A stretch of 61,469 nucleotides of DNA from an uncultured Candidatus Saccharibacteria bacterium (GTDB taxonomy: Bacteria > Patescibacteriota > Doudnabacteria > UBA920). The stretch spans positions 1 to 61,469 of the forward strand of contig CAZDEP010000008.1 in NCBI GenBank assembly GCA_964504715.1, read 5' to 3'. The position numbers and the translations under genes were made by a program. Numbering within the stretch: the stretch's first letter is position 1; each line of letters begins with the position of its first letter. This document shows positions 45,649 through 53,281 of the stretch, in pieces. The notes under the pieces are model-generated. The model did not search any database. It saw only the letters and a program-made list of their open reading frames with translations, and was not told the origin of the DNA.

Positions 45649-45709
45649 GTTTAATGTTAAACCACCTCGGTTTTGTTTCGTTTCACCAACCTATGAGAAA
45701 AAACTACAG

Positions 45710-46906
45710 CTATAGCTTGTTGGATTTGAACTTGGAACCTTTAAAACCGGTAAGTACGCTGGATTCAAAAGAATAATTAACCAACTTTTTTTGCTGAGAT
45801 TTTTCTTGGGCAAATTTTATTAGCTCCTTAAGCAAGTCCGGAAATTCCAGTCCGGAAGCCTGCCATAAGTGATGGTAAAGCGTACCGGGTAAAGGGTTTA
45901 CCTCGTTGGCAAAAAACTTATTAGTTGAACGATTTACCAAAAAGTCTACCCGCGCAATACCACTGCATTCCAAAATTTTATAAACTTGGATTGCCGCTTC
46001 CTTTATGCCGGCTGTCATAGTCGCATCCAGACGTGCCGGAATAACCACGCTTCTCTGGCTTTTGCCGGTTTGGGCGCCGCCCTCTTTTAAGTATTTGTCC
46101 TCAAAACTGAATAAATCCAAAGTGAACAACGACTCCTGCAGCTCCGAGGCTTTGGGCTGGTCATTACCAATTAAGCAACAAGTCACGTCCATTAAATCTT
46201 CCACTAATTCCTCTACCACAATTTTGGAATCATAATAAGCCGCAACCTCCACTTTTTGTTCAAGTTCTTTTTCGTCTTTTGCCTTCCCAATCCCTATTGA
46301 TGACCCAAGATGGGCAGGTTTTACAATCAGCGGATATTTGAGGCTTTTGCCGATGTCTTCAATTATGGCTTTTTTGCCATCTGCTTGATCCCACAGGGTT
46401 TTATAAAAATATGTAAACTTAGTGGTTGGAATCCCGGCGTCCCGCATCATTATTTTGGTTAAAGCCTTATCCATGGAAATTGCCGAGGCCGTTACGCCGC
46501 AACCCACATAAGGCACGCCGAACATTTCAAACAAGCCCTGAATAGTGCCGTCCTCGCCGTATGTGCCGTGCAGGGCGGGGAAAGCCAAATCTATAGTTAC
46601 GGTCTTGCCCATTATGCCTTTTTTCCTAAACACCATTTTACCCACGGACTCTTCCATATCCAAAAAGTATTCCTTGTACTCGCCCTGCTCTTCAATTTTT
46701 TTGCCGGGATCCGCAAACTTTTTTAGGTCGCCCAAGTCTTCCCCCAGGCACCACTTCCCTTGTTTGGATATATAAACCGGGACCACGTTATATTCCAAAC
46801 CTTTCAGGCCGGAAATAATCAGGTTGGCGGTAATTATGGAAATGTCATGCTCCACACTTCCGCTGCCAAAAAACACACCGATGGTTAAATTTGAATTTTG
46901 AATCAT
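45710..46906 (-). CDS. ddl: D-alanine--D-alanine ligase
   Basis: FGSGSVEHDISIITA, HGTYGEDGTIQG, and ATP-grasp segments. Confidence 0.9.
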   Translation of the reverse strand: MIQNSNLTIGVFFGSGSVEHDISIITANLIISGLKGLEYNVVPVYISKQGKWCLGEDLGDLKKFADPGKKIEEQGEYKEYFLDMEESVGKMVFRKKGIMGKTVTIDLAFPALHGTYGEDGTIQGLFEMFGVPYVGCGVTASAISMDKALTKIMMRDAGIPTTKFTYFYKTLWDQADGKKAIIEDIGKSLKYPLIVKPAHLGSSIGIGKAKDEKELEQKVEVAAYYDSKIVVEELVEDLMDVTCCLIGNDQPKASELQESLFTLDLFSFEDKYLKEGGAQTGKSQRSVVIPARLDATMTAGIKEAAIQVYKILECSGIARVDFLVNRSTNKFFANEVNPLPGTLYHHLWQASGLEFPDLLKELIKFAQEKSQQKKLVNYSFESSVLTGFKGSKFKSNKL

Positions 46907-47067
46907 GAATTTAGAATTATGAATTTAAATAATAATCTAATATTTTTTTATAGTTTTTAAATTACCCCACAAATTCATCCACACTCATTTACGTGTTGTT
47001 TTGAATATTGGTTACTACCGAGATATCAATTCCTTACTTCATAATTCTAACTTCTTAATTCTTGACT

Positions 47068-48585
47068 CTATACATACTGATCGCCCCAGTCATTTTGGAA
47101 AAGTATGACGTCGTTGGGCTTGAGGATTTTAGATAATGACGAGTGCGCCTCTTGCGCAGTTTCAAACCAAATTATCTTTAGTTTGTCATTGCGAGCCCCG
47201 AGTGCATCCGAAGGGCGCGGCAATCTGCCTGCACTAAAGATTGCTTCGTCAGATGCATTCCTCGCAATGACAGACAAAATCCCCTCCTCAATCCATCCAG
47301 TCACGCTGTTCCTAATTAGTATAACCACATCGGCCACTCCTGCCAACCGCCGGCCAATTTCCATATGCACATCTTTCGCAGCCGCGCCGGTTTCCACCAA
47401 GCCCGGGGTAATATAAATTTTCCGCCTGTTTTTAAAGCGCGACAAAACTTTTATAGCTTCATAAGCGCCTTCGGAATTGCCGTTATAAGCGTCATCAATA
47501 ACCAAAATATTTCCGGGAGAAATGGAAGGCTCAAGGCGGTGGTTAACGGGGTGGATCCTTTCCAAACCGTTTTTTATTTCCGCATCGCTCAAGCCAAGCA
47601 ACCGCCCAAGCTTTACGGCACACTCGGCATTTGCCAGGGCGTATTCGCCCAAAAGCCGAAGCTTTACGCTTTCCCCTCCCTCCATACTAAAATCCCAAAA
47701 AAGCCTTTCGGGATTAAAATCGGCCCCCACTTGGCTGTCCCTTTTGGCCGCCGCCGGTTTTTGGTAAGTTATAACCTTCATGTCGGGCCAAACATATTCC
47801 TTATAATGCCCCATAACCCTTTCGCTCTCGGCATTTAAAAATATTTTGGCGCCGGGCTTTGCGGTGCTGACTATTTCAAAAATGGTCGCAGTTACCGCTT
47901 CCATCTTTTTCATTCTTTCCAAATGCGCTTCGTCGATTCCGGTAATTACCGCAATATCCGGCCGGACAATTTTACAAATTTCCTCAACATCCCCTTTATA
48001 ATGCTCCCCCATTTCCACAATGGCTATTTCCAAATCGGCGGAAAATTTTTTTATTACCCAGCGTGATATACCAACGGGCGTATTTACGCTTTCGGGCGTA
48101 CTTAATACTTTATACTTACTACTTAATACTGCGCTGAGAACCTGCTTCATGGTGGTTTTGCCAAAACTCCCCGCAATCCCAATTATTTTTAAATTTGGCA
48201 GGTCCCTTACCTTAGCCTTTGCCCTTAAAATAATCCACTGTTTAAACAAAAAATCCGCGGGCTTAAACAAAACGGTAACGGCTACAAAAAAAATAAAAGA
48301 TAAAAAATTAAAACCTACCACCAAACCCGCGCCTGCCACAAAACAAGCCGCCCAATTTTCCAAAACGCTGCGCTGAAGCGCCCACGCTACGTACCCAGCC
48401 AAAGCAAAAATCAAAAATTCGGAAGCCAAAAAAATCACCAACGCCTTGCCTGTCCAAACCAGTCCTTTTCTAAGGGGCACTTTGGGGGGCAAGGAGCCTT
48501 TTTTATAGAGCAGCTTGAAATACCGCCCGAGCTCATAATTCTCAAGCTGTAAAAGGTATAGTTGGTAAATGGGGACTTTTAACAT
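47068..48585 (-). CDS. murF: Mur ligase family protein, MurF-like, with N-terminal membrane domain
   Basis: IGIAGSFGKTT P-loop, DDAYNGN and Mur ligase C-terminal domain. It is adjacent to ddl. The first ~125 aa are hydrophobic helices. Confidence 0.75.
   Translation of the reverse strand: MLKVPIYQLYLLQLENYELGRYFKLLYKKGSLPPKVPLRKGLVWTGKALVIFLASEFLIFALAGYVAWALQRSVLENWAACFVAGAGLVVGFNFLSFIFFVAVTVLFKPADFLFKQWIILRAKAKVRDLPNLKIIGIAGSFGKTTMKQVLSAVLSSKYKVLSTPESVNTPVGISRWVIKKFSADLEIAIVEMGEHYKGDVEEICKIVRPDIAVITGIDEAHLERMKKMEAVTATIFEIVSTAKPGAKIFLNAESERVMGHYKEYVWPDMKVITYQKPAAAKRDSQVGADFNPERLFWDFSMEGGESVKLRLLGEYALANAECAVKLGRLLGLSDAEIKNGLERIHPVNHRLEPSISPGNILVIDDAYNGNSEGAYEAIKVLSRFKNRRKIYITPGLVETGAAAKDVHMEIGRRLAGVADVVILIRNSVTGWIEEGILSVIARNASDEAIFSAGRLPRPSDALGARNDKLKIIWFETAQEAHSSLSKILKPNDVILFQNDWGDQYV
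47185..47271. repeat. MITE-like element inserted in frame in the murF-like gene
   Basis: Perfect 11-bp terminal inverted repeats GTCATTGCGAG ... CTCGCAATGAC. 87 bp equals 29 codons. Confidence 0.8.
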
Positions 48586-49352
48586 TAGGCGCTTATGAAT
48601 GGCAAAAATTCTTCCATAAATTCTTTCGGCTTGTCCAAAAAGCTGAAATGCCCGGCGTAAGGAAGAATAATAAATTTAGAATTATGGATTAAAAAATTCA
48701 TTCGCCGGCCGAACTCAACTGGGGTATCGATGTCATTATTGCCCCACACAATTAGCGTGGGGATGCTAATGCGCTTCATATCTGCCGACAAATCTTCGGA
48801 GACAACTTTAGCCAGGGTGGCTTGCAATTCGGGTGTTGCAATATAATCTTCGGCGCCTATATTTTTATATATTTTCTGCCTGAATAGCTGCATGAACCGG
48901 GGTTTAAACAACGGCCCTAACATTTTTGCCGCCAGTCCCATTAAAGTTTTTTTCCACGAATTCACTACAAAGCCGGCGCTGTCGACTAAAATTAATTTGC
49001 TTATTAATTCCGGATAATTTGCGGCCAGCTTTATTCCAATCCGGCCCCCAAAAGAATGCCCGACAACATATACATTTTGTAATTCCAGTTTTTCTATAAA
49101 CTGTTTTACGCATTCCGCATAATCCCCTACTCCCCAAGGACGTTTAGGCGCCGGCGAACTTCCAAAACCCGGCAGGTCAAGTGCCACAATTGATAATGAA
49201 TTATTTTCCCCCGGCAATTTTTGAATTACCGGATTCCAAATTTCTTTTTGGGCCCGCCAGCCGTGCAAAAATAACACCACTCGGCTGCTGGCACCGCTTA
49301 TTGTGTCGAGATACGAAATCAACTGCTCATTTATTATTATCTGCTTGGACAT
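48585..49352 (-). CDS. alpha/beta-fold hydrolase
   Basis: HGW, the nucleophile elbow VVGHSFGG, and a C-terminal GH. Confidence 0.8.
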   Translation of the reverse strand: MSKQIIINEQLISYLDTISGASSRVVLFLHGWRAQKEIWNPVIQKLPGENNSLSIVALDLPGFGSSPAPKRPWGVGDYAECVKQFIEKLELQNVYVVGHSFGGRIGIKLAANYPELISKLILVDSAGFVVNSWKKTLMGLAAKMLGPLFKPRFMQLFRQKIYKNIGAEDYIATPELQATLAKVVSEDLSADMKRISIPTLIVWGNNDIDTPVEFGRRMNFLIHNSKFIILPYAGHFSFLDKPKEFMEEFLPFISA

Positions 49353-49410
49353 AACTGCATTTTAACACCCTAATAAATAAAATTAAACCCCCAAAAGGGG
49401 GTTTAATTTT

Positions 49411-49484
49411 TGGTCGGGATGCAGGGAATTGAACCCTGTCTTCGCGCACCCGAAGCGCGCGTACTACCGGTATACTACATCCCG
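49411..49484 (-). tRNA. tRNA-Pro (anticodon CGG)
   Basis: Hand fold: CGGGATG/CATCCCG acceptor, anticodon loop TTCGGGT, T-loop TTCAATT, encoded CCA. Confidence 0.85.
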
Positions 49485-49554
49485 ATTATCACATTTATAT
49501 TATAGCTCAAGCTTAGCCACCAAAAAAGGCCTTCGATTCTTCAAAGACCTTTTT

Positions 49555-49630
49555 TGGTGGACCATACCGGATTTGAACCGGTCGCCTCTTCCATGCCATG
49601 GAAGCGCTCTACCAAATGAGCTAATGGCCC
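49555..49630 (-). tRNA. tRNA-Ala (anticodon GGC)
   Basis: Hand fold with a G3:U70 pair, anticodon loop ATGGCAT, T-loop TTCAAAT, encoded CCA. Confidence 0.9.
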
Positions 49631-49684
49631 TTGCTTGCCCTGTCATCTCCTATTCTCTAATCCCCAATCTCTAACCAAAACATT

Positions 49685-49948
49685 TTACCTAATTTTCCGG
49701 ACTTGTTCAAGCGTTTCTTGCCACATACTTTTCCATTCCCTTGCCTGTTCCCTAAAGCCCGGAATTACGCCCATAACATTTAACACCCAACCAATTGTGG
49801 CCACTGCGAGTGCAACTCCTAAAATACCGCCAATCCCCTGCAATATTCCCCTAACAAAAGCCCTCCACAAACTTTCGGTCTTATGGAAAATGCCAGTCAA
49901 ACTCCGGTTAATTTTATCCAATTCGGTTTTAAGTTCCGGATCAATCAT
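49685..49948 (-). CDS. small hypothetical membrane protein between tRNA genes
   Basis: 87 aa with a G-rich hydrophobic core GILQGIGGILGVALAVATIGWVL. Confidence 0.5.
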   Translation of the reverse strand: MIDPELKTELDKINRSLTGIFHKTESLWRAFVRGILQGIGGILGVALAVATIGWVLNVMGVIPGFREQAREWKSMWQETLEQVRKIR

Positions 49949-49996
49949 AATTTTTGTTTAATGTTCTGGTGACCACAGGCCACGAGCCAAGTCGAG

Positions 49997-50071
49997 TGGT
50001 GCCCTCGGAGGGAATCGAACCCCCATCTTATCCTTAGGACGGATCTGCTCTATCCATTGAGCTACGAAGGC
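49997..50071 (-). tRNA. tRNA-Arg (anticodon CCT)
   Basis: Hand fold: GCCTTCG/CGAGGGC acceptor, anticodon loop GTCCTAA, T-loop TTCGATT, encoded CCA. Confidence 0.8.
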
Positions 50072-50124
50072 AAATTACACCAATAGATTATATCAAATAA
50101 CATTAAATGTTAGAATGGTAATAT

Positions 50125-51582
50125 ATGGAAATAAGCAAAGAAAAATTTAACCCATTGCGGGTGGCCAAAATCTTTTTTTTACTGTTTTTAATATTCCTGT
50201 TTTTCCCTGTTCGTTATGTCTTCCCCACGGCTTCTAGCTTTATGACGGGTCTGTATTCAGACTTTACTTCATTTTCGTTATATTTAAGCGATATATTTCT
50301 TTTTATTGCCTTTTTCTTTGTTTTGTGGTATAATTATAAATACTTTACCAAATATATCTCTTTTCCTCATATTTTAGCCATTATTTGGCTTTTTTTATTG
50401 ATTTTTATACATTATAAATCTATTTCTGGCTTAAATATCTGGTATTTAGTAAAGTTCTTAGAAATAAGCCTTGTTTCATATGGAACAACAGTTGCAATTA
50501 CAAATATTTCCGCCAAAGGTGGCCAAATTTCAAAAAACTGGTTTCTATTTACTTTCCTAGGTTTAGGCACGCTTCAGTCAGCTATTGGGCTATTGCAGTT
50601 TATTGAGCAATCCTCACTTGGCCTAAATAAGTTAGGGGAGCAAATCCTTAAGCCTACTCTATGGGGAGTGGCCAAGGTTGTTTCAGGTGGAACAACATAT
50701 TTAAGGACCTATGGCACTTTTCCCCACCCCAACCCCCTTTCAGCCTTTCTTTTAGTTACAATTTTAATAAATATCTATCTCTTAATTTCCACCACGTGGA
50801 AAAGGGGTATTAAAATTTGGCTTAATCTAGCTCTTTTTATTAATATCCTGGGTATAACTGCTACTTTTTCACGTGGAGCATACTTAGCCCTAGGAGTAGG
50901 ATTATTATTATTCTTTAGTATTGCTGTCATTGCGAGGAGGAGGGCAGCCGACGAGGAAGCAATCTCAACGTTGAAAAAGATTACTTCGGTCTTCGACTCT
51001 GAGGGAAGAGAGGAATCGCCCCGACTCGAACGAGCTGCACTCGCAACGACCTTTATCAAACTACTATTTGCTTTACTAATTTCATTTTTGATCTTTAAAC
51101 CCTTTTTGCTTTCACGCGCAACTATTACAGACCAGGCAACAATTGAAAGGGGAGTATATAACCGAACTGCTCTAAGTATAATCAAAAACCAGCCTTTAAC
51201 AGGGATTGGGATGGGGGAAAGTGTGCTTCATATGGAACAATACAGCCCCACGCCCTTAAATCCTTACCAGATTCAGCCAATACACAATTTTTTCTTACTA
51301 TCAGCTGCGGAGTTGGGTATTCCAGGAATGTTAATTCTGATTTGGATATTTATCTCACATCTGAAAAAATTAGTATCAAGTATTAAGTATCAAGTATTAG
51401 GCGGGTTCCAAAACCTTACTACTTACTACTTACTTCTTACTTCTCTTTTATTATGCTTTTTCGTGCTTATGTTCTTTGACCACTATTTTTATACCCTCCA
51501 GCAAACCCAAATGCTGCTTTGGATAGTTTTGGGATTAATAGCGGCAGAAAAAAATCCCCAAAATGGGGATAATAATCTTTAA
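50125..51582 (+). CDS. O-antigen ligase (Wzy_C)-family polytopic membrane protein
   Basis: Many TM helices and a TFSRGAYLALGVG motif. It carries two in-frame repeat inserts. Confidence 0.7.
   Translation: MEISKEKFNPLRVAKIFFLLFLIFLFFPVRYVFPTASSFMTGLYSDFTSFSLYLSDIFLFIAFFFVLWYNYKYFTKYISFPHILAIIWLFLLIFIHYKSISGLNIWYLVKFLEISLVSYGTTVAITNISAKGGQISKNWFLFTFLGLGTLQSAIGLLQFIEQSSLGLNKLGEQILKPTLWGVAKVVSGGTTYLRTYGTFPHPNPLSAFLLVTILINIYLLISTTWKRGIKIWLNLALFINILGITATFSRGAYLALGVGLLLFFSIAVIARRRAADEEAISTLKKITSVFDSEGREESPRLERAALATTFIKLLFALLISFLIFKPFLLSRATITDQATIERGVYNRTALSIIKNQPLTGIGMGESVLHMEQYSPTPLNPYQIQPIHNFFLLSAAELGIPGMLILIWIFISHLKKLVSSIKYQVLGGFQNLTTYYLLLTSLLLCFFVLMFFDHYFYTLQQTQMLLWIVLGLIAAEKNPQNGDNNL
50926..51050. 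repeat. MITE-like element inside the O-antigen-ligase-like gene
   Basis: GTCATTGCGAG ... CTCGCAACGAC (terminal inverted repeat, 10 of 11). It encodes VIARRRAADEEAIS...LERAALATT. Confidence 0.7.
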
Positions 51583-51607
51583 ATCTTTTTATTTTTGAAT
51601 CTTTAAA

Positions 51608-52078
51608 TTATTTATGGTACTCTTTGCCCGCCAAAATCGTACACGCCCTGTAAATTTGTTCTTCTAAAATTACCCGCGCCATATTATGCGGGAAAGTAAG
51701 AGGGGAGAGTGAAATAGAGTAGTTAGAATAGGGTTTTAGGGTCTTCGAAAGACCAATACCGCTGCCAATAACAAAAACCAGCTCCTTGCCTAAAGCTCCG
51801 GTGCGTTGAATAAAATCGGCAAAAGTTTTGGAATCCCTCAGAGTGCCTTTTTCTTCCAGTAAAATTACAATTCCGCCTTCGGGCAACTGGTTGATAATTT
51901 TTTCTGCCTCTTCTTCCTTTATTCGGGCAATATCGTCGTTAATTCGGTAGGAGATTTCCGGAATTTCCACCATATTAATTTTGGCATAAGGCCCAAGTCG
52001 CTTTAAATACTCGGCTTCCAATTCCTTGTAAGCCTTTTCCTTAAATTTTCCAAGCGCAATAATACGGATTTTAAACAT
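51608..52078 (-). CDS. rlmH: 23S rRNA (pseudouridine1915-N3)-methyltransferase
   Basis: SPOUT RlmH pattern: IIALGKFKEK...VIGSGIGLS...SLSPLTFPH. Confidence 0.9.
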   Translation of the reverse strand: MFKIRIIALGKFKEKAYKELEAEYLKRLGPYAKINMVEIPEISYRINDDIARIKEEEAEKIINQLPEGGIVILLEEKGTLRDSKTFADFIQRTGALGKELVFVIGSGIGLSKTLKPYSNYSISLSPLTFPHNMARVILEEQIYRACTILAGKEYHK

Positions 52079-52228
52079 TTTTACAGTATTAATTCCGGGC
52101 TTTACTACTATATCATAATCATATAAAATTAATAAGATTTTAAAAATTACCCCAACCTTTTTGCGGCAATAATCCCGGGGATTTTATTTTCAGCGGACCT
52201 ATGGTCCAGAGGCCCCATCACTTTTGTT

Positions 52229-52302
52229 GGGCTCATAGTAAAGTGGTATTACGCGGCATTCGCATTGCCGAGGCCCGGGTTCGATTCCCGGTGAGTCCAC
52301 CA
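52229..52302 (+). tRNA. tRNA-Ala (anticodon CGC)
   Basis: Hand fold: GGGCTCA/TGAGTCC with G3:U70, anticodon loop TTCGCAT, T-loop TTCGATT, encoded CCA. Confidence 0.9.
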
Positions 52303-52370
52303 AAAGTGATGGGGTAAATAAGACACCGGCATTTTTACCCCGTAGTATCCGCAGAAGGCGGATTACTACT

Positions 52371-52448
52371 GGGGCGCATTGCCAAGACGCGAGTTCGACT
52401 TAGTCCTCCGAAGCTTTAGCGTAGGATGGATTCTCGCTAGGTCCACCA
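52371..52448 (+). ncRNA. unknown GGGGCG...TCCACCA module 1 (not a foldable tRNA)
   Basis: It starts GGGGCGCATTGCCAAGAC and ends GGATTCTCGCTAGGTCCACCA. It is a paralog of 52459-52564. Confidence 0.3.
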
Positions 52449-52458
52449 CTTGAGTGAC

Positions 52459-52564
52459 GGGGCGAGTTGCCGAGACTCGGCTTCAACCGCGTCCTGCAAA
52501 GCATCCTTGTCTGAGTAGCTTTACGCGTAGCAGGAAACAAAGGATGAATTCTATTGTTCCACCA
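52459..52564 (+). ncRNA. unknown GGGGCG...TCCACCA module 2
   Basis: It starts GGGGCGAGTTGCCGAGAC and ends GAATTCTATTGTTCCACCA. The ends can pair (GGGGCGA/TTGTTCC, 3 G:U pairs). An internal pseudoknot is possible. Confidence 0.3.
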
Positions 52565-52597
52565 AAATTAAAATCCCTGAAAAGGGATTTTAATTTT
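52565..52597. terminator. bidirectional terminator hairpin
   Basis: AAATTAAAATCCC-TGAAAA-GGGATTTTAATTT is a perfect 13-bp stem. Confidence 0.6.
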
Positions 52598-52629
52598 ATC
52601 AAGATATGCAAAAGATCTTTTTACATTCG

Positions 52630-53217
52630 CTAAAGCTTCCTCCAAAGGTTTTTGAGTTTGCCGGAAAATACTACGCGTTGCAAAATTATTATTACAATAA
52701 CCAAGCCCAAAACCACCAGCTCGGCATAGTGGATATAATTGTTAAGCAATGTAAACGACTTTCTTAGGGCAAAGCCTAAAGAGCCCATTACCAATAGCCA
52801 AAACACCATAATTGGCAATATGTGTTTGGCATAGGTTTTACCTGGTATGCCAATTACTCCGGCTCTCGCAACCGCGGCACGATGAACCCCGTAAACAAAT
52901 TTGGTAAGAAGCAAAGTAACTTTGGGCCGGCGCAAAAAATGCTCGTCAAAGTGGTTGCTCTTTTTTATAATCCATTGAGCCATTTGGTTGGAAGAATTTT
53001 TCAACTTTTTTCCGAACCAAAACCAAAAAAATTGCTCGACACCCGAACCTGCCAATGCAACAACAATTAATGCGGCGGGATTGTGGCGTCCTGCGCTAAT
53101 TAAAAAGCCCACCACTAACATAGTGACGTTACCTTCAATTAGCATCCCGACAAAAATTAGCAAATAAGGAAAAAAACTCCAGTCGGGGAAATATGGCCCT
53201 ATAAGTGAATCAAGCAT
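52630..53217 (-). CDS. DedA/VTT-domain membrane protein (second copy)
   Basis: Polytopic protein containing LIFVGMLIEGNVTMLVVGFL. The ATG at 53217 follows the TTG of the ORF track. Confidence 0.65.
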   Translation of the reverse strand: MLDSLIGPYFPDWSFFPYLLIFVGMLIEGNVTMLVVGFLISAGRHNPAALIVVALAGSGVEQFFWFWFGKKLKNSSNQMAQWIIKKSNHFDEHFLRRPKVTLLLTKFVYGVHRAAVARAGVIGIPGKTYAKHILPIMVFWLLVMGSLGFALRKSFTLLNNYIHYAELVVLGLVIVIIILQRVVFSGKLKNLWRKL

Positions 53218-53281
53218 CAATTATTAATTAAAATATGACAAGTAAAGTATAACAAAAAAGGCTTAAAATAAATTAAATTTT

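Noticed and set aside
51372-51443. CRISPR-like or tandem array appearance of AGTATCAAGTATTAAGTATCAAGTATT / CTTACTACTTACTACTTACTT
   Set aside because: The units are 6-9 nt words without unique spacers and sit inside an open reading frame. No cas genes are present, and no CRISPR array occurs anywhere in the window.
52371-52564. Calling the GGGGCG...TCCACCA modules tmRNA (ssrA) or extra tRNAs
   Set aside because: No T-arm (GGTTCGA-type) precedes either 3' end. No cloverleaf or standard tmRNA layout could be folded by hand. The EALA-stop frame is only six codons after an in-frame stop. They are reported as unknown modules instead.
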